DNA of 39,698 nt from positions 1 through 39,698 of the forward strand of contig JBBISH010000057.1 of assembly GCA_037441385.1 (NCBI GenBank), written 5' to 3'. The position numbers and the translations under genes are program-made. This DNA is from Myxococcales bacterium (GTDB lineage: Bacteria; Myxococcota_A; UBA9042). The first letter of the stretch is position 1. Each line of letters starts with the position of its first letter. The notes beneath the pieces are model-generated. The model saw nothing but the letters and a program-made list of their open reading frames with translations. It made no database searches and was not told the DNA's origin. Below, piece after piece: positions 25,653 through 34,193 of this stretch.

Positions 25653-27038
25653 CTACGCCTTCTTGGCTGGGGCTTTTTTCTTCTTGGGGGCGGCGACTTC
25701 CGCGCTCTGGGCCGGGGCAGCGGCGGCCGTTGCAGCGACACTTGCGGTCCCGTCGCGGGCAGCGTTGCGGGCCTCGCGACCCGCCTTGGCTTCCTTCATG
25801 CGCTCGACTTCGGTGCGGCGCCAGAACTGCACCAGCCCGTAGAAGTGATCGGTGAACTGGTCGACCTCGTGGGCCGGGAACAGCGCCGCGGTCTTTTGGC
25901 GGACCAGCTCCTTGGCGCGGTCGCTGCCCAGGAATTCCCACACTACCTTGTCCAGGTGGCCCAGGTGGCGGTCGCAGAATTCCACAAAGCGGTCGGTCTC
26001 GAAGCGCTGGTGGGCGATCTTGGCGTATTCCTTCAGGCGATCTTCAAACGGCAGGTCCTTCTTGACCACGTCGTAGTACGGCGTCCAGTCCAGGTTCATC
26101 CGGAACGGTCGCTTGGTCGCCGCGCAGAAGATGGTCCACTTCAGCATGTTCTTGACCAGCACCGGCCAGTGGAAGTGCAGCGACGTGACTTGGAAGTCTG
26201 GGCACGCGTTGGCGAAATCGATGGGGTAGAACGTGCCGTCTTTGCGCAGCGACTCGCACGAGTTGAACTCCCAGCCAAAGAAGCTGTTGATAGTCAGGCA
26301 CATATCGGTCAGCGTCTGCCACTCTTTGGCGTCGACGTAGTTGAAGGCCACCTCGTAGCGGGCGTGCAGCGGCGCGTCGGGGTTGTACTTCACGCACCAC
26401 ACCTGTGGGCCGATGCCGATGGCGCGCACGAACAAATCGAAAGGCGCCACCGCCTTTTGCACGTGCATCAAACGCGTACCGCTGTTTTCGTACGCGCCAA
26501 GCAACTGCTTGTCGTCGTCGATCTTGGTCACCCCCACCCAGGCGCCGCCGTCGTAGGGCTTCATGAACACGGGGTAACCCAGGTCCTGCCCCACCTTCTT
26601 CAGGTCGAACAGGCGGGCATAGCGCTGCAGCGTGGGCTTGATGTCCGCGAGATCGCTGGCGTAGTCCTTGGGCGGCACCATCCACGTCTCGGGCACCGGC
26701 AGGCCCAGCTTCATCATCGCCGCGTACGAGGTGTGCTTCTCCATGGACTGTAAAGCCCAAGGATTGTTCAACACATACAGGCCGTCCATGATCACGGCCT
26801 TCTTGATCCACTCGCGCGTGGTCTGGTACCAGTGCGTCAGGCGGTCAATGACCAGGTCGTACTTGACGGGCTGCTTCAGGTTGAAGGGTTCGATGGTCAC
26901 GCGATCGACTTCGAAGCGCACCGTGTCGCCGTCGACGGGGATCGAGAGGTCAAGGCGCTTCAGGATCTCTTCGTAGGCGCCGGGCCAGCAGATATCGGCA
27001 CCCAGCGACAGGCCGATTTTGCGCGTGACGTTGGCCAT
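25653..27038 (-). CDS. RimK/glutathione-synthetase-like ATP-grasp protein
   Basis: DLVIDRLTHW, VLNNP, GLPVPETW, GYPVFMKPYDGGAW and IDFANACPD. GGAGGG RBS. Lys/Ala-rich tail. Confidence 0.82.
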   Translation of the reverse strand: MANVTRKIGLSLGADICWPGAYEEILKRLDLSIPVDGDTVRFEVDRVTIEPFNLKQPVKYDLVIDRLTHWYQTTREWIKKAVIMDGLYVLNNPWALQSMEKHTSYAAMMKLGLPVPETWMVPPKDYASDLADIKPTLQRYARLFDLKKVGQDLGYPVFMKPYDGGAWVGVTKIDDDKQLLGAYENSGTRLMHVQKAVAPFDLFVRAIGIGPQVWCVKYNPDAPLHARYEVAFNYVDAKEWQTLTDMCLTINSFFGWEFNSCESLRKDGTFYPIDFANACPDFQVTSLHFHWPVLVKNMLKWTIFCAATKRPFRMNLDWTPYYDVVKKDLPFEDRLKEYAKIAHQRFETDRFVEFCDRHLGHLDKVVWEFLGSDRAKELVRQKTAALFPAHEVDQFTDHFYGLVQFWRRTEVERMKEAKAGREARNAARDGTASVAATAAAAPAQSAEVAAPKKKKAPAKKA

Positions 27039-27222
27039 TTTCCCTCCCAGACTGCAGCAAAAAGTGTTGAAAAACGTGGGTATGCCGCCTGGACCGGGCG
27101 ACCGCAGCGGCGCGACCTGGGCCGTGCTGCTTGCGGCGGTGTGACCCCTTGGGCTCCGCGGCGGCGTAAGTGTACGGGCAGGCGCGGAAATTGACCAGCC
27201 CAAACCGACTGCGTCGGCTGAA

Positions 27223-28149
27223 TTATCGAGTGGGGGCGGGCAGGGTGCGGACGCAGCGGAAGCCGATGAACGGCACCTGATTGGGCGGGCCAAAGGCGCT
27301 GCGGCTCCAGACGTCGGCGTCCGACGCGCCGTAGTGGAAGCTGCCGCCGCGGAAGACGCGGTTGTCGCCGGTGGCCGGTCCGTGCGGATCCACTGCAGTA
27401 TTGAGGGGATAGTCGGCGTGCCAGTCCCACACCCACTCGGCTACGTTGCCAATCATGTCGTACAGGCCGTAGGCGTTGGCGCGCTTTTGCTTGACCGGGT
27501 GGGCGCGCAGGCCGGCGTTTTCGTCGTACCAACCGCTGGCATCCAGGTCGTCGGGCCGGGCCGCGGCCACACCGCCGCGCGCAGCGAACTCCCACTCGGC
27601 CTCTGTGGGCAAGCGATAGCCTGCGCACGCGGGATCGGCCCAGGTGATGGTCAGGCCAGACACCGAGTAGCACTGTGGCACGCGCTTGCGCCGCGACAGT
27701 TCGTTGCAGTAGCTGGCGGCTTGGAACCACGACACGTGCGCCACCGGGCAGTCGTCGCAGCTCTGGCGCTGTTCGGTCGAGGTCGCCATCAGGTCGCGGT
27801 ACTGCACCAAGGTCACTTCCGTGGCATGCATCTCGAACGGCCGCGTCAGCACCACCTGGTGTTGCACTGCCTCGTTGAAACCCTGTGCCAGGTTGTCGGG
27901 CCTGCCCATCGTGAACGTACCGGCGGGAATGGCCACAAAACCCGGTGTAATCTGGCCGGAAGCTGCCAGCTTGGCGGCAGCGGCCTTTTGCTCGTGCACG
28001 GCGGCTGCCGCGGCTGCCTTGCCGTCGTCGGTGGCGGTCGCGGCTTCTGGCAGTTGCGTAGCTGTGCGGCCCGCGTCTTCTGCAGGCGGCGCCTTGGACT
28101 TGCCGCACGCTGTGCCGAGCAGGGCCAAGATCACCAGCGCCTTACGCAT
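27223..28149 (-). CDS. FGE-sulfatase (SUMF1) domain lipoprotein
   Basis: Lipobox GTAC, IPAGTFTMG, TEVT, YRLPTEAEWEFAARGG, NAYGLYDMIGNVAEWV, RGGSF and GFRC. Confidence 0.88.
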   Translation of the reverse strand: MRKALVILALLGTACGKSKAPPAEDAGRTATQLPEAATATDDGKAAAAAAVHEQKAAAAKLAASGQITPGFVAIPAGTFTMGRPDNLAQGFNEAVQHQVVLTRPFEMHATEVTLVQYRDLMATSTEQRQSCDDCPVAHVSWFQAASYCNELSRRKRVPQCYSVSGLTITWADPACAGYRLPTEAEWEFAARGGVAAARPDDLDASGWYDENAGLRAHPVKQKRANAYGLYDMIGNVAEWVWDWHADYPLNTAVDPHGPATGDNRVFRGGSFHYGASDADVWSRSAFGPPNQVPFIGFRCVRTLPAPTR

Positions 28150-30640
28150 TTCGCCTCCTTGCCCGGCATAGGATTCCCGCCAGAGCCAGCGCTGCGAGCG
28201 CCCAGGGCGAGCCCGCCGCACGACCGGCGTGGCACGAGGAACCGCTGGGACCGCCGCGGGCCGCCGCGGTCGGAGCGTCCGGCAAGGCGGCATCTGCCCG
28301 GACTTGCAAGTCGCTGAGGGCATCCGAAGACGGTTGCGCACCCAAGTCGCTGACGGTGTCGGATTGCAGCTCTGGTCCCGGTTCAGGGGCCGGTTCCAGT
28401 GCCGGCTCAGGAGTCGCCTCGGGCGCCGGTTCGGGGCCGGGCTCCGGCTCAAGCTCGGTGGCCGGCTCCGCGCTGGCGTCAGCTTCTGCATCACCCGACG
28501 CGGCTTGCAGGCACCCTTGCAGGTCGTCGCCAGCGGCCTCGCCCAGCCAGGTCAGCAAGCTGGCACCGGCACCAAAGCCCATCATCGGGATCGCGCCCGC
28601 AAATTGGCCGGCCTGAGCGCCCGCGACGCCGATGAGCTCCGGCAATTGACCGCCGCCGGCCGTCGCGATGGCGTCGACCCGGTCGCTCAGGGCCTGGCGC
28701 ACGTCGGCCAAGGGAGCCCCGGCCGCAATGGCGCGGTCCAGCCAACGCAGCACGCGCAAGTCGATGAAAAGCCACTCTTGGCTGTCGTACTCGCCGCCGT
28801 CATCGTTGCGGAAAAAGCCAGGGCCGCCGCCCGCGGCCAGATTTTGCCAAGCCTGCCAAGACTTTTGCGCCACCTCGCCCCAAGGCGGCAGCTGCCCGTC
28901 GGTCAAAGCTTCCACAGCTGCAAGATCCAGGTTCTTGCCTGCCGGCTCCTCGGCATTGCCCACCAGAATGCCCGACTTGTCGACCAGTTGCTTGATCACT
29001 GCGCCGCGGATGCCCTGCGCCGCCAACCGGTATTGGGCCGCCAGCTTGCCCTCGCCCGCCAGGGTCGCCAGTTTGGCGGCCGCACACAATCCGCGCACGG
29101 CCTGCAACGACGTGTACGCAAAGTGCTTCTGCTTGCCGTTCCAGTGCACCTCCCAGATCGACGAGTCCGCCTTGACCAGGCCGGTGCCGTCCACGGCCTG
29201 TAGCAACGGAGCCGCGATCTCGTCGCGAATGACGGGCCAGCGCGCCGTCAACCAGGCAAAATCCTGAGAGGTGGTCATGTAGTGGCCGATCTGCCACAGC
29301 ACCAGACCAAAGCCATCCAACTCGATGTTGGGGCCGTCTTGATTGGTGTCGCTTTCTTCCTGCCCGCCGCCCCAATAGCGCGTAGCCGAAACGCGATACG
29401 GCGCCCCCACTTCCGCTACGAACTTGCCCGGCGCACCGTGAAGCACAAAGTCTGCAGCGTCGCGGGCTTCGGCCACATGACCACTGCGCGCCAGCGCCAC
29501 TGCGGCATAGCTTTGGTCGCGCGGCCACGTGATGTTCCAAATTCCGGGCGGCAGGCTGGCCACGATTTGCCCATACGGCGACTGCCCTTGACCCGTAGGG
29601 CCCAGGTTGCCCTGGCGCGCCTGCGCCATCTTCAGTAGCGTCAGGGCCCGCTGCGCGTGCTGCAGTTGGGTCGCCGTGAGCTGCGCCGGCAACAGATCCG
29701 CCGCGTGCCATTGCTGCCACCAGGTCTGCTCGTCGGCCAAGACCTCTTGGGCAGTGCGCGGGCCGAGCCAGTCCGCAACACCTGGAACCGCGGTTCCTTT
29801 TTCGGCGTAGCCCAGCACGGCGCCCACCACTGTGCTGCCTTTGGCGGGCACCGTCACCTGCCACTGCAGCGAACCCGCGCGATCCTGGCCTGCCGGCAGG
29901 GCGGTTGTGTCGCAAGTCAGCCCAGAGCCAGACAGCGCGGCGTACGGGTTGTTGGTACAGGCCTTCGCCGTGCTCCCCGCCATCGGCAGAGTCAGGTCCT
30001 GCTGGTCAGGTCCTGTTTCCAGTAGGCCGCTGGTCAAGGTGCTCAGCGCCTCGCCGTCGCTGCCCGGCTGCGGCGAGCCGCTTCCCAGGTGTAGGTTTGG
30101 CAAGAGCGCGACCGTCACCACCGCCGGGGTGTCGCCGCCGTTGACCACCTTGCCGATCAGAGCCAGGCATCGATCCCCGCAAGTCTGTGGAGCAAAGGCA
30201 AATGTCTCGACTTGCAGCGGTGCCGTGCCGGTCCATTGCCTCCGCTCGCGCACGATGCCCGCCGTGCCCAAGTAGCCAAAGACCGCGTCGTCGGCACCTT
30301 GGGCGGCCGTCCAAGACTTGCCATCGGCAAAGGTTAGTGGCAACGAAGTCGCCCACTTACCGCCTTGCCCCGGTACCTGCAGGCCAAAATACGCGTCGAA
30401 CAGCACGTCGCGGGTCGGCTGCCCGGGGGCAAACGCCTGGTAGGGCCGTACCCACCAATCTGTCAGCTTTCCCGCGGCGTGATCGAACACGGCGAGCCCA
30501 TGGCCATTGCCAAAGGACCGCAGCATCCAGGGTTGCGGCGAAGGCAGAGCGGCCAACGCGACACTGGGCACTGCCCAGGCCAAGCCCAAACAAGCCAACG
30601 ACCGCGCGATCGCGCGCAAAGTGGAGGGCAGCAGGGGCAT
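28142..30640 (-). CDS. Secreted GH15-like six-hairpin glycosidase with MYXO-CTERM-like tail
   Basis: Signal peptide, IVASLP...WPRDQSY and DSSIWE (GH15-type general acid), Glu-Pro linker, and C-terminal GSSC...ALAALALAGILCRARRR. Confidence 0.72.
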   Translation of the reverse strand: MPLLPSTLRAIARSLACLGLAWAVPSVALAALPSPQPWMLRSFGNGHGLAVFDHAAGKLTDWWVRPYQAFAPGQPTRDVLFDAYFGLQVPGQGGKWATSLPLTFADGKSWTAAQGADDAVFGYLGTAGIVRERRQWTGTAPLQVETFAFAPQTCGDRCLALIGKVVNGGDTPAVVTVALLPNLHLGSGSPQPGSDGEALSTLTSGLLETGPDQQDLTLPMAGSTAKACTNNPYAALSGSGLTCDTTALPAGQDRAGSLQWQVTVPAKGSTVVGAVLGYAEKGTAVPGVADWLGPRTAQEVLADEQTWWQQWHAADLLPAQLTATQLQHAQRALTLLKMAQARQGNLGPTGQGQSPYGQIVASLPPGIWNITWPRDQSYAAVALARSGHVAEARDAADFVLHGAPGKFVAEVGAPYRVSATRYWGGGQEESDTNQDGPNIELDGFGLVLWQIGHYMTTSQDFAWLTARWPVIRDEIAAPLLQAVDGTGLVKADSSIWEVHWNGKQKHFAYTSLQAVRGLCAAAKLATLAGEGKLAAQYRLAAQGIRGAVIKQLVDKSGILVGNAEEPAGKNLDLAAVEALTDGQLPPWGEVAQKSWQAWQNLAAGGGPGFFRNDDGGEYDSQEWLFIDLRVLRWLDRAIAAGAPLADVRQALSDRVDAIATAGGGQLPELIGVAGAQAGQFAGAIPMMGFGAGASLLTWLGEAAGDDLQGCLQAASGDAEADASAEPATELEPEPGPEPAPEATPEPALEPAPEPGPELQSDTVSDLGAQPSSDALSDLQVRADAALPDAPTAAARGGPSGSSCHAGRAAGSPWALAALALAGILCRARRRNA

Positions 30641-30916
30641 CGCGCGCTTCCAGGGCCGCGGCCCAAGGTGCCAGGCCGCGCCGATACGGTGCCGCAACCG
30701 CCGGGGCACTGCAACCGCCGTCTGCGGATGGCGCGCAACCGTAGGGATATGCACACGATTGCCAACGGGCACCGCCGCCACCGCTGCCCATACGTCAACC
30801 TGCCCGCGCGACTGCTTGGGGGCCAAGGGCCGCTGCCAGTGGAGTTGGTGTCGCTTGCGTGGTGCAGGTCGGCTATCCTGCTGGGCAATCGCCGTGGTCG
30901 GTGACCGCGTGAAGGT

Positions 30917-31960
30917 GTGCCGATGGGTTTACGGACCGGCCTCATGTTGGACCCCGAGTGCCTCTTGCACGACCCTGGGCCGCAGCACCCCGAGTCGCCG
31001 CAGCGGCTCAGTACGCTGATCGAGATGGTGCAGAGTCCGGGCATGCGCTCAATGCCCCTGACGCGCCTAGAACATCGCACCGCCACTGAGGCCGAGGTGT
31101 TGCGCGCCCACACGCCACAGCTGCTGGCGCGCCTCAAGTCGACCCAGGGCCACACGGTCCACCTGGACCAAGACACCGTGGCGAGCCCCAAAAGCTACGA
31201 TTGCGCTCTGCGTGCAGCCGGCGCAACCATCGCCGCGGTCGACGCCGTGCACAGCGGCCAGGTCGACAACGCCATGGTGCTGGTGCGACCGCCGGGCCAT
31301 CATGCCGAGGCCGACCGCTCGATGGGCTTCTGTCTGCTGAACAACGTTGCGATTGCCGCCCATCACGCCCGGACTGTGTTGGGCCTGGCCCGGGTCGCCA
31401 TCGTGGACTTTGACGTGCACCACGGCAACGGTACCCAGGCGATCTTCGAGCGCGATCCCACGGTTCTCTATGTTTCGACGCACCAATGGCCCCTCTATCC
31501 GGGCACGGGAGCGGCCGATTCGCTCGGCTCGGGCGCAGGGCTGGGGCGGACCATCAACATCCCGCTGGGACCCGAACACGGCGACGCCGAGTACGATGCC
31601 ATCTACGGCGGGCTAATCGCCCGTATTCTAGAGCAGTTTCGGCCTGAACTGATTCTCTTGTCGGCCGGTTACGACATCTCGGAGCACGATCCGCTGGGCG
31701 GCATGTCGGTGACCTACGACGGCTTTGCCCGCATTGCCGGACACATGGTCAACGCGTCGGAATTGCTCTGCAAGAATCGGCTGGTCGCTGTCTTGGAGGG
31801 CGGCTACAGCGCCGCTGGTTTGACGACCGGTGTTCACGCCACGCTGGAAGCCTTTACCGGCATGCTGCGCGTCGACGATCCGCGCGGCCCGCTGGTGCGG
31901 CTGCCCTTGGGCGATGCCGGCCGGCACCTGCATCTGTATCGTGAATTCTTTGCGATTTAG
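30917..31960 (+). CDS. Histone deacetylase-family zinc deacylase
   Basis: HPESPQRL, RPPGHHA, GFCLLNN, DFDVHHGNGTQ, SAGYD and LEGGY. Confidence 0.92.
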   Translation: MPMGLRTGLMLDPECLLHDPGPQHPESPQRLSTLIEMVQSPGMRSMPLTRLEHRTATEAEVLRAHTPQLLARLKSTQGHTVHLDQDTVASPKSYDCALRAAGATIAAVDAVHSGQVDNAMVLVRPPGHHAEADRSMGFCLLNNVAIAAHHARTVLGLARVAIVDFDVHHGNGTQAIFERDPTVLYVSTHQWPLYPGTGAADSLGSGAGLGRTINIPLGPEHGDAEYDAIYGGLIARILEQFRPELILLSAGYDISEHDPLGGMSVTYDGFARIAGHMVNASELLCKNRLVAVLEGGYSAAGLTTGVHATLEAFTGMLRVDDPRGPLVRLPLGDAGRHLHLYREFFAI

Positions 31961-32279
31961 CCAATCTAGCCGTGGTCTGGGCCGGCGCCAGCTGCACCAA
32001 AGCACCAATCATTATTCTCAAAGCTCCAGAGCAACGGGACAACTCGCTGGCAAAAACGCGTTGTTGCTCAGTGGGTTGCAAGCGGGCCCCAAGATGCCCA
32101 GCACGGCCGCGACCCGCCGCGACGCTTGGCCGCAGGTTCGGGTTTCTGATTGGTGCCCTAAGGGCTCGTCATGAAACAACTTGGGCATTTCGGCCGCTGG
32201 GTGGGCCGCAAGCTCACGGCCTTGGGGCCGATTCGCCGCGGCGGTGGTCCGAAGTGATCGAGTTGTTCGAAGGCAGTCC

Positions 32280-32840
32280 CTAAGGTTCGTCCAGCTGGCG
32301 ATCCAGCCCGGATTGAACCCAGCTGGGCAGCAGCTTGCCGTCGACCAGCCACTCGATAAGGGTGCGGCCAAGCTCCGCTGCCGCAATCAGCGCCCGCACT
32401 CGCCGCAATCGCACCGCATTCCCAGGCGAATCCTGAGTGCGCTCCAACTCTTCGCGCGCCGACTGCAGCACGCGCGCCAAGCGCCGCACTTGATCGAGCT
32501 CGCGCTCGCGAAACACGCGCGCCACCATCTTGAAAAGATTGGTTTCGGCCAAGAACACCGTCCGCCGCTGCCCAGCCTGTCGCTCGGCATGGATCACGCC
32601 CCAGTGCTCTAGATCGCGCAGGGACATGGACACCTGGCCAGCTGACAAGTCCAGAATTTCAGCGACTTCGCCGGCATGCAGCGGCCGCTCGGCCAAGAAG
32701 ACCAGGGCCCAGATGCGGCCGTGCGACCTCTGGAACCCCCAAAAGGCCATCAGGTCGCCGATCGTATCCAAGACGGCCTTGGTCTGCTCGCCAAGCGGCG
32801 CCAATGGCGGGTCGCTGGGCCCGTGGTCGCGAATGGTCAT
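32280..32840 (-). CDS. GbsR/MarR-family transcriptional regulator
   Basis: IGDLMAFWGFQRSHGRIWALVFL...LSAGQVSMSLRDLEHWGVI winged-helix pattern. AAGGGG RBS before ATG 32840. Confidence 0.8.
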   Translation of the reverse strand: MTIRDHGPSDPPLAPLGEQTKAVLDTIGDLMAFWGFQRSHGRIWALVFLAERPLHAGEVAEILDLSAGQVSMSLRDLEHWGVIHAERQAGQRRTVFLAETNLFKMVARVFRERELDQVRRLARVLQSAREELERTQDSPGNAVRLRRVRALIAAAELGRTLIEWLVDGKLLPSWVQSGLDRQLDEP

Positions 32841-32999
32841 GACGAACCCCTTGTGGCGGTCCGCACGCCGCGGAGCGGCCAGACCTGCCCCAACATTGTG
32901 ACCTGCGCTGCGCGGCACGCCAATTGCTGGTCCGCAGCACCGCGGCAAAATCGCCGGCCGGCTTGCGCTGGGCGGCGCGAACGTGCATGGTACTGCCCC

Positions 33000-34193
33000 A
33001 TGTTGGCCGGCCCCATCCACCACTGCCCCCTTCGCCCCCTGCAACCGCTGCCGCGCCTGACCGAAGGGCTTCCCGGCACTGGTGGTCAGATCCGCACGCA
33101 AGTCGAAGACTTTCAGGTCGAGGAACTGCCGCTCTACCTCCCCGCGGGCGAGGGCGATCACCTCTACTTGTGGATCGAGAAGACCGACGTGGCGGCCGAC
33201 GCATTGCGCCGCACGGTGGCTCGCTGCCTGGACGTGGGCCCTGGCGAGGTGGGCATGGCCGGCCTGAAGGATCGCCGCGCGATCACTCGCCAGTGGGTCA
33301 GCGTCCCGCGCCGCGCCGAACCCCTACTCAGCAAGGTGGATGGCCCGCGTATCCGCGTGCTGGATGTCAAGGCGCACCGCAATAAGCTGCGCACGGGCCA
33401 CCTGGCCGGCAATCGTTTCCGCATTTTGCTGCGTGGAGTGAGCGCGGATGCCGCTCAGCGGGCTGCCGACAAAGTGGCGCTGCTGCAAGCGACCGGTATG
33501 CCCAACTTCTACGGCACCCAGCGCATGGGTCACGGCGGGGCCACGTTGGCGGCCGGTTGGGCGTTGGGGCAGGGCCTGCACGGCCTGGTTCAGGTGCGTT
33601 TGCCCGACGACACCGAGCATGCGCTCCACCTGCGCGACCGGTCTCTGCAGCGACTGGCGGCGTCGGCATTGCAGAGCGAAGTCTTCAACCGCACGCTGGC
33701 CGAGCGGATGCGGCGCGGCTTGCATGATCGCGTCTTGGCGGGAGATCTCTGCCGAAAGACCGACACGGGCGGCCAGTTCGCCACCGACGACGTCGAGCGC
33801 GAGACTCAGCGTCTGCTGGCCGGGCAGATCGAGCTGACGGGGCCGATGTGGGGCCCCAAGATGCCGCGGCCCAACGCGGACGCCCTGCAATTCGAACTCG
33901 ACGTTCTGCAGGCGTGCGAGTTGGACGCGAGCATTTTTGCCCGGCTGGGTGCCTTGGCCGAGGGGACGCGCCGAGCGTTGCTAGTCAGGCCGGCCGAGCT
34001 CAACGCCACCCTGACCGACCAAGGCCTGTGGCTTGAATTCACCTTACCTGCCGGTGCGTTTGCTACCGTGCTCGTCCACGAAGTGGCCGGTCCGCTGCTG
34101 GGTGCCGAAGCTGTGAATTTCGAAGCGGGCGACGACGAGGACCCCGCGGTCCGCAACCTGGCGTACGCCGAGGCGCAACAACCATGCGCTTGA
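33000..34193 (+). CDS. truD: tRNA pseudouridine(13) synthase TruD
   Basis: EDFQVEE, AGLKDRRAITRQW, GHLAGNRFRI, PNFYGTQR and FTLPAGAFAT. Start uncertain. Confidence 0.9.
   Translation: MLAGPIHHCPLRPLQPLPRLTEGLPGTGGQIRTQVEDFQVEELPLYLPAGEGDHLYLWIEKTDVAADALRRTVARCLDVGPGEVGMAGLKDRRAITRQWVSVPRRAEPLLSKVDGPRIRVLDVKAHRNKLRTGHLAGNRFRILLRGVSADAAQRAADKVALLQATGMPNFYGTQRMGHGGATLAAGWALGQGLHGLVQVRLPDDTEHALHLRDRSLQRLAASALQSEVFNRTLAERMRRGLHDRVLAGDLCRKTDTGGQFATDDVERETQRLLAGQIELTGPMWGPKMPRPNADALQFELDVLQACELDASIFARLGALAEGTRRALLVRPAELNATLTDQGLWLEFTLPAGAFATVLVHEVAGPLLGAEAVNFEAGDDEDPAVRNLAYAEAQQPCA

Noticed and set aside
27223..28149. True formylglycine-generating enzyme
   Set aside because: It lacks the catalytic Cys pair after RGGS, and no sulfatase is nearby.
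30694..30741. Three GCAACCG repeats between the GH15-like and HDAC genes
   Set aside because: Short, irregularly spaced (17 and 24 bp) and plausible by chance at this GC content.
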